A stretch of DNA of 64,000 bases from an uncultured Candidatus Poseidoniales archaeon (GTDB lineage: Archaea; Thermoplasmatota; Poseidoniia; Poseidoniales; Poseidoniaceae): positions 434 through 64,433 of the forward strand of contig CABYOM010000002.1 in NCBI GenBank assembly GCA_902520595.1, read 5' to 3'. Below, one piece after another: positions 18,493-27,875 of the stretch (the first letter of the stretch is position 1; every line of letters begins with the position of its first letter). The notes under the pieces were generated by a model that searched no databases, was not told where the DNA came from, and was given only the letters and a program-made list of their open reading frames with translations. The translations under genes were made by a program, and so were the position numbers.

Positions 18493-19605
18493 CTAAGAAA
18501 GGATATCTTCAAGTTGATTGATTTGAATCGCCTTACGTATTGAGCGAGCAATTCGACGGCCGGTTGACATTCGTTCTTCGTTAATATCGGAGTAAGGTGA
18601 GCCTCCTACAAAGGGATTCGAACCCGCAACAATTCGCGCACTTATTTCAAACACTTTGAACTCCAATGCGTCTGTCACAATGGTTTCCAGGCAGAATGGG
18701 CCAATCATTCCTCGAGCGCCTTCTTCCAATTCAAACGATTCTGCAACAGTCCCTTCAGCCATTTCAAACGCTCGAGGGAGCAAGGATTCACGTATAACGA
18801 CCGGCTGATTACCGGTGACTACAAAAGACGGTTCGAGAGACATTTCTCGCAAATCTCTCAACGAGCCCAATTTGTAGAACTCATCGACGTTTGACTCGTC
18901 TCTTCGGTCCATTGAAAGCAATTCGAGACGTCCGAGATTTTTGCCTGCATTTGACCCCTTTCCTTGAACTTGAAAACCATCGGTAGCAGTCGGGTCAAAG
19001 AAAAAGTGGAGATAATATCGACATCCAAGCACGTATTCTTGAATCGTAAATTCTTCTTCAATATCTACATTTCTTCGAAAATCACGATAATTGCGCGCAA
19101 CGAAATAACCTCTTCCACCCTTGGCTCCAGCATACTTTACAATCACCGGTCCATCGATATCGTGGGGGTCTTCTAGTACTTTCGGCATCGTGCACCCCCC
19201 AGCTTCGAGCCACTTACGCTGCCGCTCACGACTGCTTTCCCAATGGAGAATCCCTCGGTTGCCAAAGGTTGGCACTTGTAATTCTCTAAAGTTTGAAGAG
19301 CCGAGGTATTCGACCAACGAGCCATGAGGAATGATTACTACATTTCGTTCACGGAACCATTCAGCATGTTCCATCATTTCCAGATAATTATCGAGCATTA
19401 ACCACTCATCAGGCTCAGCGCCAGGGAATGCTTGGTAGAAACGTCTTCGATTTTCTCCAACAGCAATTCCAAGTGTTCTGAAACCTTCACTGCGTGCGCC
19501 GTGTAATATTTGAAGAGAGGAATGAGAAGCAACCACACCAATCGTGATGTTGTCTCGGTCGTAGTTAGCCAGCCATCTTGCTAGTGTTTCGGAGTCTACG
19601 CCCAT
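18493..19605 (-). CDS. purP: 5-formaminoimidazole-4-carboxamide ribonucleotide synthetase (PurP, ATP-grasp)
   Basis: Colinear similarity to archaeal PurP: HSSLQILHGARSEGF, IPHGS, FGNR.ILHWES, VKYAGAKGGRGYF, IQEYV.G, NQPVVIRESLLP and IGPFCLE. Confidence 0.85.
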   Translation of the reverse strand: MGVDSETLARWLANYDRDNITIGVVASHSSLQILHGARSEGFRTLGIAVGENRRRFYQAFPGAEPDEWLMLDNYLEMMEHAEWFRERNVVIIPHGSLVEYLGSSNFRELQVPTFGNRGILHWESSRERQRKWLEAGGCTMPKVLEDPHDIDGPVIVKYAGAKGGRGYFVARNYRDFRRNVDIEEEFTIQEYVLGCRYYLHFFFDPTATDGFQVQGKGSNAGKNLGRLELLSMDRRDESNVDEFYKLGSLRDLREMSLEPSFVVTGNQPVVIRESLLPRAFEMAEGTVAESFELEEGARGMIGPFCLETIVTDALEFKVFEISARIVAGSNPFVGGSPYSDINEERMSTGRRIARSIRKAIQINQLEDILS

Positions 19606-19752
19606 GTCGAGGGGTTCAGTATTTGCGATATGAGTGTTCTTATTAGAATCAGTGAGAGTGAAGATATTTGAGGATTTTTTCTTTCTTCCAATTCAACATG
19701 CTAACCCTCAATCTGCCGCAAGAACGACAAACCCTCTGCCCAACTCACCATC

Positions 19753-20103
19753 ATGGCCCTAATACAACTCTCGATTCGACTTCTTCTCTCCGGAGGACTC
19801 ATTGTTGCTGCCAGTGAAATCGCAAAGAAGAACGATGTTTACGGCGCATTGATCGCTTCACTACCCCTTATCTCTATTTTCGCGATGATTTGGTTATACA
19901 ATGACACGGGGGATTCTGAACAGATTGCATCTTTTAGCAAGAACATTTTTTGGCTTGTCATCCCTTCTCTTGTATTGTTTCTAACTCTTCCAATGTTTCT
20001 TCAGAGGGGCGTTGAATTCTGGCCAGCATTAGTTGGTTCAATCGTTCTTACACTCGTTACTTATGTTGCAGGATTAAAGGTTGCAACTGGCTCAATCTCT
20101 TAA
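19753..20103 (+). CDS. small membrane protein (3-4 TM), hypothetical
   Basis: 116 aa, strongly hydrophobic. It lies immediately upstream of the TDO gene and overlaps its annotated upstream region. Confidence 0.4.
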   Translation: MALIQLSIRLLLSGGLIVAASEIAKKNDVYGALIASLPLISIFAMIWLYNDTGDSEQIASFSKNIFWLVIPSLVLFLTLPMFLQRGVEFWPALVGSIVLTLVTYVAGLKVATGSIS

Positions 20104-20173
20104 TGTTCAAAGTAGACACAAAAACTTCTCCCGTCGAGTGAAGAGTTCAAGGGCTTGGCACCGATGCAAAACC

Positions 20174-21268
20174 ATGAGCGACCACGCACCAGCGCATCGC
20201 ATGACATATGCAGGATACTTGCAGTTAGATGAGTTATTGGCTCTTCAAGATGGTCCACAAGGTTACAGTCCTGCCCCATCCAATGACGAGCAGCATTTCA
20301 TTATCGTTCATCAAGCGTTTGAACTTTGGTTCAAATTGATTTTACGGGAATTAAAAGAAACACATGCACTCCTAAATCAGCAACATGTTCCAGAAGAACA
20401 CTTACCTCAGATGGTTCATCATTTAGATCGAGTCACTGAAATTTTCCGATTACTTTCAAATCAGTGGAAAGTAATGGAAACCCTCACCCCTCAAGGATTC
20501 TTAGCATTCCGAGATAAACTTGGGACATCTTCAGGCTTTGAATCATGGCAAATGAGAGAATTAGAGGTGTTAATGGGACTAGAAAATTCACAACGTATGG
20601 GTGGAATGGACCCTTTGCTTCACATGAAAAAGTTAGCTAAGGAAGGTAAAATCACCGATGCCGTTCTTGCAGATTTTGAGACCACTTCGAATCAACCATC
20701 ATTGAGAGAAGCGCTCTCTGCTTGGCTTGCTCGCACACCAATAAATGGTTCACTTGCAGGTTCAGATGGTGATGATGAAATCATTGAAGCATTCGTGGAC
20801 GGGCATGTTGCTGCCATGAGAGCGCATGGTGAAGACGTTATCGCTCATATTGTGGCTATTGGGCATGGTGAAGAAGCACCAGTTCGCTCTCGTATTGAGG
20901 CCGCAAATCAACAAGCAGCCGATTTCCTCCGTCCAGATGGTCAAGTTTCTCGTTCGAGGGCTGGTTTGCTCTTCATCGAATCCTACCGTGAATTGCCTCT
21001 TCTCTCTTGGCCGCGTAAATTAATCGATTCGTTTGTTGGTTTAGAACAATCGATGTTGCTTTTCCGTTCTGCTCATGCACGTATGGTTGAACGGATGATT
21101 GGTCGTAGAATGGGAACTGGAGGTTCAAGTGGTGTAGATTACCTCGATGCCACTACCAAATACAGAGTATTTGTTGATTTATGGGCAGTTCGAACAATGC
21201 TCGTGAAACGTGAGGTCTTGCCTGATGTAGAGCACGCCGGATTCTACGGCTTTTCCGCAAGTGAGTGA
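20174..21268 (+). CDS. kynA: tryptophan 2,3-dioxygenase (heme-dependent)
   Basis: Conserved blocks of the TDO family: YAGYLQLDELL, HFIIVHQAFELWFKLILRELKE, WKVMETLTPQGFLAFRDKLGTSSGFES, FRSAHARMVERMIGRRMGTGGSSGVDYL. The ATG at 20174 reads MSDHAPAHRMTY. The ORF-track start at 20081 overlaps the upstream gene. Confidence 0.8.
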   Translation: MSDHAPAHRMTYAGYLQLDELLALQDGPQGYSPAPSNDEQHFIIVHQAFELWFKLILRELKETHALLNQQHVPEEHLPQMVHHLDRVTEIFRLLSNQWKVMETLTPQGFLAFRDKLGTSSGFESWQMRELEVLMGLENSQRMGGMDPLLHMKKLAKEGKITDAVLADFETTSNQPSLREALSAWLARTPINGSLAGSDGDDEIIEAFVDGHVAAMRAHGEDVIAHIVAIGHGEEAPVRSRIEAANQQAADFLRPDGQVSRSRAGLLFIESYRELPLLSWPRKLIDSFVGLEQSMLLFRSAHARMVERMIGRRMGTGGSSGVDYLDATTKYRVFVDLWAVRTMLVKREVLPDVEHAGFYGFSASE

Positions 21269-21270
21269 AA

Positions 21271-21525
21271 TCACTCGAGATGTGGGTCGATATCGATTGG
21301 TATGAGTTCGTGTTCATACTCATACAATGCGATTTTAAGAGGGTCTAAAACGAAACGAACCGATGCTTCTTCAAGACCGTAAAGAGATATCAATTCTTCT
21401 CTAAACGCTTCACGAAGGACTTCTTCGTTTGCATAAAGGGGGGCACCCATTCCAATTTGGAGTGCGCGTGCACCAATTATTCGAGCTCGTTCAAATCGTG
21501 TGTGGAGTCGTGCTGGCTTAACCAT
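21271..21525 (-). CDS. rpoK: DNA-directed RNA polymerase subunit K (Rpb6/omega homologue)
   Basis: TRFERARIIGARALQIGMGAP is the Rpb6/RpoK signature, and the C-terminus DPLKIALYEYEHELIPI matches the conserved tail. The true start is an internal Met at about 21525 or 21552. The long upstream extension in the ORF track would overlap the neighbouring gene. Confidence 0.75.
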   Translation of the reverse strand: MVKPARLHTRFERARIIGARALQIGMGAPLYANEEVLREAFREELISLYGLEEASVRFVLDPLKIALYEYEHELIPIDIDPHLE

Positions 21526-21610
21526 TTGATACACCTGCGAGTACACCCGCATTTGGGCGACCTGTCTACTGTTCTTGAACCTAACCCCTAACACAATCGC
21601 TTCAACGGCG

Positions 21611-22504
21611 CTATTCTTCTTCATCAAATTCTTTTCTGGATAGGTTCCAACGCATGTATAGAGCAGGGCCCAAACACAGAATGAGAACAACCGTCCACAG
21701 GCTCGCATTTTGACCGGGCGACAGGCCAAAATTGGTATTTGATGTCTCAAGTCCAATCTCTTGGTTGAGTTCAAAGCCACCGACTGGATTTGAGGAATCA
21801 CTCACCAGTTGGTAGACGCCAGTTTGTTCCAAAATCACAACGATGTGGCCACTTAAATTTTCTACCAATTCCGAAATATTCGCAGAATTGTTTGACGCGT
21901 TGAACTGCATCAAACCAGTCGCAAGATGGGGGTGGGTTCGATTTCGGCTTTGGTGGTCGATGGCTTCAGTTCGCCAGATACTCACCATGTCTCCCTGGGA
22001 GGCTTGCCATGTGAGCGTGCCGTTGTCGAACTGGAGATCAGAAAGCCCTCCAAAATCTGTCGAGCGCTTGGAGAGAGCGTTTGAAAGTTCAAGTGCTTGA
22101 CTGGAGCCAGTGAGTAGTCCTTCGCTGTTTAACACTAAGCTGGGCAGAAATAACAATCGGTGTTCATTAGAAAAACGCATTTTAGAGGCACTCAAGAAAG
22201 AATCATCCTGTGTAGATGGGTGATGTTGCAACACAAACGTATCGCTTCGGTTTAATTGGTCAATCTCACCTTCAATCAGTTCGCAAGGTTCGCACCAATC
22301 AGCACCGTAATACTCGACCAAGTGTTCGATTCGCTCACCTTCACAATTCGTTGATTGAAGGCAGTTGGAATCGAAAAGAACTACATCATGCATTGTTGCA
22401 AATATCGGTTCTTGAGCCGAGACATGTTGCGATGGAGGCAGTGATGAGGTAAGCATAACACAGATGGCCAGTACTGCCATAACCCGTGAATGAGTTCTCG
22501 CCAT
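21611..22504 (-). CDS. exported thioredoxin-like protein (WCxPC motif) with signal peptide and C-terminal TM anchor
   Basis: N-terminal signal MARTHSRVMAVLAICVMLTSSLPPSQHVSAQ. Redox motif YYGADWCEPCE (TlpA/ResA-like WCxPC). C-terminal hydrophobic helix LWTVVLILCLGPALYM. Confidence 0.55.
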   Translation of the reverse strand: MARTHSRVMAVLAICVMLTSSLPPSQHVSAQEPIFATMHDVVLFDSNCLQSTNCEGERIEHLVEYYGADWCEPCELIEGEIDQLNRSDTFVLQHHPSTQDDSFLSASKMRFSNEHRLLFLPSLVLNSEGLLTGSSQALELSNALSKRSTDFGGLSDLQFDNGTLTWQASQGDMVSIWRTEAIDHQSRNRTHPHLATGLMQFNASNNSANISELVENLSGHIVVILEQTGVYQLVSDSSNPVGGFELNQEIGLETSNTNFGLSPGQNASLWTVVLILCLGPALYMRWNLSRKEFDEEE

Positions 22505-22518
22505 CAGTCCATGGGTAA

Positions 22519-23616
22519 ATGAATGTGTTCAAAAGGGGTCTGCTCCCACCATTACACATGGGGCAGGCTTGGTGGAGGCGTCCGTCTACCCTTCCAGTTG
22601 TGCTTGTCATAATGGCGCTTTGTATCATCATAGCGGGTGGAACCATTCGGATAAACGACGCAGGAGAATCATGCCCTGATTGGCCTCAATGTTTTGGAAC
22701 GTGGGGTTTTGACATCTCTGTTGAAGAGCAGGGAGCCTATTGGGATGAAAATCCAGATGAAATTGACTCAAGAGGTGCAGATTATCGGTACACTACTTTT
22801 GAGATTTTTTCCGAATGGTTTCATCGGATGCTGGTTGGCGTCATTGCAGTACCCGTCTTGTTGAATGCATTGATGGCGCGCAAAATGATTGATGTGTATG
22901 GTAAAACAGTCTATCGTTCAACACTTGTATCGGGCGTGTTGTTGATTGTTCAAGCATTGGTCGGCGCACTGACTGTTGCGATGGACAATGTCGATTGGTC
23001 GGTTGCATTACATCTCTCTCTTGCAAGCATATTCACTTCAACGTTCATTTTTCAGCATTTTGCGATGAGGAAATCGGAGGGCTCAACTTGGGAAATATTC
23101 TCCATGAATCCTGATTTCATTACTGCGAACAAAACCCGAGTCGATGCGATGGTCGGCTCTGTTTTCACGCTGTTAATTCTAGGGGCGTGGGTGTCTTCTA
23201 CTGCAGGCGGCCAGTATAACCAAGCTTGTTCAGTCGGTTTTCCAAACGGATGGCCGAAATGTAACGGCTCATTCCTTCCTTCATTCGACGGTCCAGGAGT
23301 ATTTGTCCAGATGATTCATCGATTTGGGGCTTTACTTGTCGGTTTGGTTTTACTCTTAGGTTCCGCTCGACTCCGTAGCGAAGCAAGAATTCACGAATCC
23401 ACTCCAATGTTTGGTCGTATCACTGAAACGGCGACTGGATTATGGATCCTGAATGTCATGGTTGGAGGCTCATACATCATTCTTGCGAAGATGGATGATT
23501 TCCCAGAATGGATTTCTTTACTCCATTTGATCTTCGGAATCAGTTGTTTCCTCGTTGCTGTTACAGCCTCGTTCTTTTTACGCCTCTCGTCCTCCCACCA
23601 ACCTGAGGAGGAGTGA
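22519..23616 (+). CDS. ctaA: heme A synthase (CtaA/COX15 family)
   Basis: The N-terminal loop GGTIRINDAGESCPDWPQCFG matches the conserved (V/I)R.T.SGLSCPDWP.C segment of CtaA/COX15. Polytopic, with conserved His in TM helices. The start may be the internal Met at 22558. Confidence 0.7.
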   Translation: MNVFKRGLLPPLHMGQAWWRRPSTLPVVLVIMALCIIIAGGTIRINDAGESCPDWPQCFGTWGFDISVEEQGAYWDENPDEIDSRGADYRYTTFEIFSEWFHRMLVGVIAVPVLLNALMARKMIDVYGKTVYRSTLVSGVLLIVQALVGALTVAMDNVDWSVALHLSLASIFTSTFIFQHFAMRKSEGSTWEIFSMNPDFITANKTRVDAMVGSVFTLLILGAWVSSTAGGQYNQACSVGFPNGWPKCNGSFLPSFDGPGVFVQMIHRFGALLVGLVLLLGSARLRSEARIHESTPMFGRITETATGLWILNVMVGGSYIILAKMDDFPEWISLLHLIFGISCFLVAVTASFFLRLSSSHQPEEE

Positions 23617-24635
23617 ACTTGTCTGAATTGGGGCCCGTTGATTCACCTCCTCATCCTGGTTGGTTCAAAGTATTCACTCAACTCATGAAACTTCGAGTAA
23701 TTGTCTTGCTTCAAGTGACTGCTGTTTGCGCTATTTTGGTCCACGATCTTCTTGCTCGGCACGGTCTTATTGACCTTGACCGATCTTGGGCTGATACGAC
23801 ATATACCGTTGCGCTAACTGTCGTTGCTGGCACCCTTTCTGCAGGTGGTTCAAATGCGATTAACATGTGGTATGATGCTGATATCGATCCACACATGCGT
23901 CGAACGATGAACCGCCCCATACCTGCAGGGCATATTTCTGCTCGAGGTGCCCTTCTCTTCGGTTTGTTTCTGGCTATCTTAGGCTCCTCTATGTTTTTCC
24001 TCGTTCATTGGAAAGCAGCCTTTTGGTCCTTTTTCTCGGTAGCGTTTTACGTTCTCGTCTATTCGATTTGGCTAAAGCGTCGTACGCCTCAAAACATTGT
24101 AATTGGCGGCATTGCGGGTGCAACTCCTCCGTTGATTGGTTGGGCTGCTGCTGCCGCTTCTTCTCTTGATTCGAGTAATCCTTTTGATTTGGGATCACCT
24201 ATTCCATGGATGCTTTTTATGTTGATTTTCCTGTGGACTCCCCCTCATTTTTGGGCTTTAGCGCTGTATCGTTCAGGCGAATATGGAAATGTGAATATTC
24301 CTATGATGAACGAAGTAAAAGGCCCAGAGCACACTGTTTTCCAATCCAAAATATATTGTATTCTTCTTTTCATGCTCGGTTCTGTGCCCTGTTTTTGGCC
24401 GGAATGTGGCCTTCCTCTCCTTTGGGCTTTCCTCGCCGGAGCCTTGACCCTATGGTATTCGAAATCGGTATGGGACATCGATCCGCTCGAGGAACTCGAT
24501 GAAAATGGACGAATGCCCAAAGCAGCTCGCTCTTTCTATAGCTCGATATACTATCTAGGTTGGATGCATGTTGCCTTAGTGGTCGTATGTATCATTCCAC
24601 CAGAATGGCTTGGATTCTTTGGACCCTTGGGCTGA
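23613..24635 (+). CDS. ctaB: protoheme IX farnesyltransferase (heme O synthase, UbiA family)
   Basis: UbiA-family motifs NMWYDADIDPHMRRTMNRPIPAG and a later D-rich block. There are 8-9 TM helices. The start is GTG or TTG overlapping the ctaA stop and is preceded by GAGGAGGAG. Confidence 0.75.
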   Translation: MNLSELGPVDSPPHPGWFKVFTQLMKLRVIVLLQVTAVCAILVHDLLARHGLIDLDRSWADTTYTVALTVVAGTLSAGGSNAINMWYDADIDPHMRRTMNRPIPAGHISARGALLFGLFLAILGSSMFFLVHWKAAFWSFFSVAFYVLVYSIWLKRRTPQNIVIGGIAGATPPLIGWAAAAASSLDSSNPFDLGSPIPWMLFMLIFLWTPPHFWALALYRSGEYGNVNIPMMNEVKGPEHTVFQSKIYCILLFMLGSVPCFWPECGLPLLWAFLAGALTLWYSKSVWDIDPLEELDENGRMPKAARSFYSSIYYLGWMHVALVVVCIIPPEWLGFFGPLG

Positions 24636-24712
24636 GTGTCTCGGTTTTGTCTCAATTCTGTGTGCGGCGTCAACCGTCATGTTCATCACTGCCTCGACGG
24701 TCGCCGGGTTAC

Positions 24713-24799
24713 TGCGGCAGTCGCATAGCCTGGCCATTGCGCTGGATTGCTAATCCAGTGGTGTTTCACCTCGGGAGTTCAAATCTCCCCTGCCGCGCC
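24713..24799 (+). tRNA. tRNA-Ser (anticodon GCU), type II with long variable arm, CCA encoded
   Basis: Hand-folded cloverleaf. The acceptor stem GCGGCAG pairs with CTGCCGC. The D-loop contains GG. The anticodon stem CTGGA/TCCAG closes the loop TTGCTAA, giving anticodon GCT. The variable arm is GGTG-TTT-CACC. The T arm is GGGAG-TTCAAAT-CTCCC. The discriminator is G, followed by CCA. Confidence 0.85.
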
Positions 24800-24802
24800 A
24801 AC

Positions 24803-27754
24803 TCAGTCGAAGAAATCTTCGAATTCATCAGCGGTAATCCGCGCTCCAGATTGCCGATTTCGTGCCTTCATAATTCGAGACAATCGCTTTCTCTTTTTGA
24901 TAAGAATTGGCAGAGAAATCATGCTCATAACGAGCGTGATTAGGGCGATCATTCCTGTAGTTTTGAATTCATCAACTTCCATATAATCGCTTAGAGTACC
25001 AAGCCATTCAACGCCAAGCGGTGGCTCAGGTTCTGGAGGAGGGATTGGGATGAGGTGTTGATTATAGTCCCACCATTGGTCCTTAATGACGATTCTGACA
25101 GTGTTTACTGGATAGTCAACTTCAAGCAACTGGTTGCCGACTGAATCGACAGGTGCTAGGACATAGTACAACGTCCTCCATGGTCGAATGTTATCATCTT
25201 GGATGCCACTTTGATTGTAGTAACCGGTTTCACCAACTGCTCCTGTCAGACCGGATTCAACCGGTGTAAGGAAACTCAAGTCAATCCCATCAGGTTGTTG
25301 ATCGGTTTGATAGAGGTTCCAAGTTACATCACCCGATGCTTCTTGTTCTGGCCAAACCCAACTCATGTTCAAATCATAACACATTGACCAATCGTTTTCA
25401 ATTTTGTAACATTCGCTGTCATTGGTGAATGTGACGGAATACTGGAGATTCGAGACTGCTTTTTCTGGTGGGATTGCATCACCGCAGAATGCAGCAGGTT
25501 GTCCAAAATCATCTCTTGAGACTTCAATGTGAAGGAAATCAGGAGTGCCTTCGCGATTTGCAGGCATGATGGCATATGATGCACAGATATTGGTCTCAAG
25601 TGGCGTAGGGTCAATCCACGAATTTGTGCTCGTATCCAAAGATACAGCCAGTGTGTTAACGGTCAACGTTTCCCAAATAATTTCGTTGAAGTCAGGATAA
25701 GGTGATGGGAAAATAGTACCGGCGTTATTTAGGATAGTGAGTTTGTAAATTTTCCACGAGCCGATGTATGGATTATCAGTATCTCCAGTCGGATTCCATT
25801 GAAGTTCAATGCTACCGCCCTTAAGTTGTTCAAATTCAATTTCACCGATACTGATATTTGCAGGAGGTGAATTACCGATAATGAGAATCACACCGTTTTG
25901 ATAAAGTGTTACGTCAAAGGAATAGTCATCATTCTTCGTATATTCGTTGAACGTAGTCCACAAGTGATCTTGAAGAGAGGGGAGGTATCGAATTTCTACA
26001 CTCTCAAGAGGAATGTTTGATGGTAGGAGTGCAGATGTATTGAGGTGGATGTCCATATGGTCCATTCCGGTGTTGTTTGAGTCGTCTTCAGTCGACAGCA
26101 CTTCAAAAGAAAGGAGAAGCAAAGGTTCTCTTCCTTCTCCAATTCCATATTGTGTCCCTAGGACAGGTAATATGGATTCATAGTTGAGGTAAGAAAGCGA
26201 ACGTGTTACCGCTTGACCGGTGAAGTAAGGTTCATTATCAAGGTCAACATAATTGTAAAGCGTAATCTCTTTGTGAACCGATTCAAGCACACCGAAGTTA
26301 TCAGTGACTCTCAACGTAATAGTATGGTCGCCAAGTCCAAGAACGGAACCAGAGATGTTGAGTAATTGCCCATACCCGAGACTGATGATTCCAGAAACCC
26401 ACCATGAATAGTTTAGCGGCGCAGCGGCAGTTGTGCCTGTTCGAGCAACCATTTCGATGTATTCTCCGGTGGTGTATGTGCCAAGCGGGTTGCTTTGAAC
26501 AATAACAGCGTTGATGTCACCTGCGATAACATCAGTGAGTTCACTGAGGCTGTTATCTCCCATCTTAGCATCCGTTCCCTCTGTGAATGTCACTGGAACA
26601 CTGATGGTCAGTGTTCGTCCAGCACCGACGATGCTGAGGTTGAACATACATACTTCAGTTTCCCCAGGCATGAAATCGCTCAAAACGCATTGTGTTTCAT
26701 CTTCAACATCGCCGATCGGGTCATAGACTTGGAAAGAGATGATTACATTGGCAATCGTCAAGTTTCCTTTGTTTGAAATTGTTGAATGCACCATATTTTC
26801 TCCGAAGTAATAATCGCTCGATGACGAATCATGGCCGGGGACCATTGATGTTGCTTGTATGTCGATTGTATCGTCAAAAATAACGGTAATTTGCGAGAGG
26901 TCATTTTCAGCATTTAGATCTGCATATGGGGTGCCAGTGCTGCTGAACATGCCCCAAATTAGTGTAAAGGTACCTTGAGATGAGTGTGTGAATGAAGGCA
27001 TAGCGCGTGAGAATGAGGAAACTCCACCCCATGATGGTAGATTCGATACATTGGTGTACGATTCTGCCAGCAACATTGTTTCTCCTTCATTCCAAAGCTG
27101 CCATCCGAGTTCGGCAACAAAGTTACATGTGCCACAAGCAGTGACTGAACCAACGATTTGCATATCGTAATCGAAGTTTGTGTTGAGGATTGAATTACCT
27201 TCGTAAACTGCGAGGTTTGAGAGGGTGCTGGTCGGGTCATAGGTTGAGTCTATGGCGAGGTCGACAAAGGACCTTGTTAGGTTAACTTGGAATGTGAGCG
27301 AGTCGTCACTTGGATCTTGGTCTTGCAAATCAAAAGCATAAACAATGGTGAATGTACCTTCATCGCCTGAAGGATTCCAAGAAGTTGATGATGTGAAGTC
27401 GCTCACAGTTCCCGGATAAATAATTGGCAAAGAGAAACTTCCCCGTTCATCGAAATTTGATTTACAGATGGCAGTATCAATCACGCCTTCACAAGCATAC
27501 CACCACAAAACGCGGTTAGAAATGGATTGAAGCCCTTCATTTTCTAGGGTTACGTTGAATGAAATAGGGTCCCATGAAGACAGCCAAGCATCCTCAAGTG
27601 GAGAATTCGAGGATTTTAGGGATAAATCCCCGGATTCTGCTGCAGCGACGCTTGGCAGTGTCAAAAGCCCTGTGAAAGATGCGATAAGGAGCAGAAAAAC
27701 CAGAGAAATACTTCCGCATTTCCGCCTTGAATCACGTGGAGCATAGCGCGACAT
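24803..27754 (-). CDS. large cell-surface protein (983 aa): signal peptide, multiple beta-rich ectodomains with many N-glycosylation sequons, C-terminal TM and basic cytoplasmic tail
   Basis: N-terminal signal (ISLVFLLLIASFTGLLTLPSVAAAESG). Many N-x-S/T sequons (NVTLEN, NLTRS, NYSW, NISG, NVSN). C-terminal TM IALITLVMSMISLPILI followed by KKRKRLSRIMKARNRQ. Confidence 0.6.
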   Translation of the reverse strand: MSRYAPRDSRRKCGSISLVFLLLIASFTGLLTLPSVAAAESGDLSLKSSNSPLEDAWLSSWDPISFNVTLENEGLQSISNRVLWWYACEGVIDTAICKSNFDERGSFSLPIIYPGTVSDFTSSTSWNPSGDEGTFTIVYAFDLQDQDPSDDSLTFQVNLTRSFVDLAIDSTYDPTSTLSNLAVYEGNSILNTNFDYDMQIVGSVTACGTCNFVAELGWQLWNEGETMLLAESYTNVSNLPSWGGVSSFSRAMPSFTHSSQGTFTLIWGMFSSTGTPYADLNAENDLSQITVIFDDTIDIQATSMVPGHDSSSSDYYFGENMVHSTISNKGNLTIANVIISFQVYDPIGDVEDETQCVLSDFMPGETEVCMFNLSIVGAGRTLTISVPVTFTEGTDAKMGDNSLSELTDVIAGDINAVIVQSNPLGTYTTGEYIEMVARTGTTAAAPLNYSWWVSGIISLGYGQLLNISGSVLGLGDHTITLRVTDNFGVLESVHKEITLYNYVDLDNEPYFTGQAVTRSLSYLNYESILPVLGTQYGIGEGREPLLLLSFEVLSTEDDSNNTGMDHMDIHLNTSALLPSNIPLESVEIRYLPSLQDHLWTTFNEYTKNDDYSFDVTLYQNGVILIIGNSPPANISIGEIEFEQLKGGSIELQWNPTGDTDNPYIGSWKIYKLTILNNAGTIFPSPYPDFNEIIWETLTVNTLAVSLDTSTNSWIDPTPLETNICASYAIMPANREGTPDFLHIEVSRDDFGQPAAFCGDAIPPEKAVSNLQYSVTFTNDSECYKIENDWSMCYDLNMSWVWPEQEASGDVTWNLYQTDQQPDGIDLSFLTPVESGLTGAVGETGYYNQSGIQDDNIRPWRTLYYVLAPVDSVGNQLLEVDYPVNTVRIVIKDQWWDYNQHLIPIPPPEPEPPLGVEWLGTLSDYMEVDEFKTTGMIALITLVMSMISLPILIKKRKRLSRIMKARNRQSGARITADEFEDFFD

Positions 27755-27875
27755 TAGCAGGTGCCTCTCATCGGGGCTTCAAAGACTCATCGCCCCCGAA
27801 GGGGGCATTGTTGCGATAATTTGATGATTTACACCACCTCCATGCGGCAACCTCTTGAATCGTCGAACATTACCG

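Noticed and set aside
21526-21801. Long N-terminal extension of the rpoK ORF (176 aa) overlapping the thioredoxin-like gene
   Set aside because: RpoK homologues are about 60-95 aa. The conserved domain begins near the internal Met. The extension overlaps the 3' end of the neighbouring gene and has no homology.
24640-24810. Possible integrated element next to tRNA-Ser
   Set aside because: No integrase, no recombinase, and no direct repeat of the tRNA 3' end were found on either side. The flanking genes are ordinary chromosomal functions.
24560-24986. Two plus-strand ORFs (127 aa and 79 aa) covering the tRNA-Ser region
   Set aside because: They overlap a clean type II tRNA cloverleaf and the 3' end of the large surface-protein gene. 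No coding signal.
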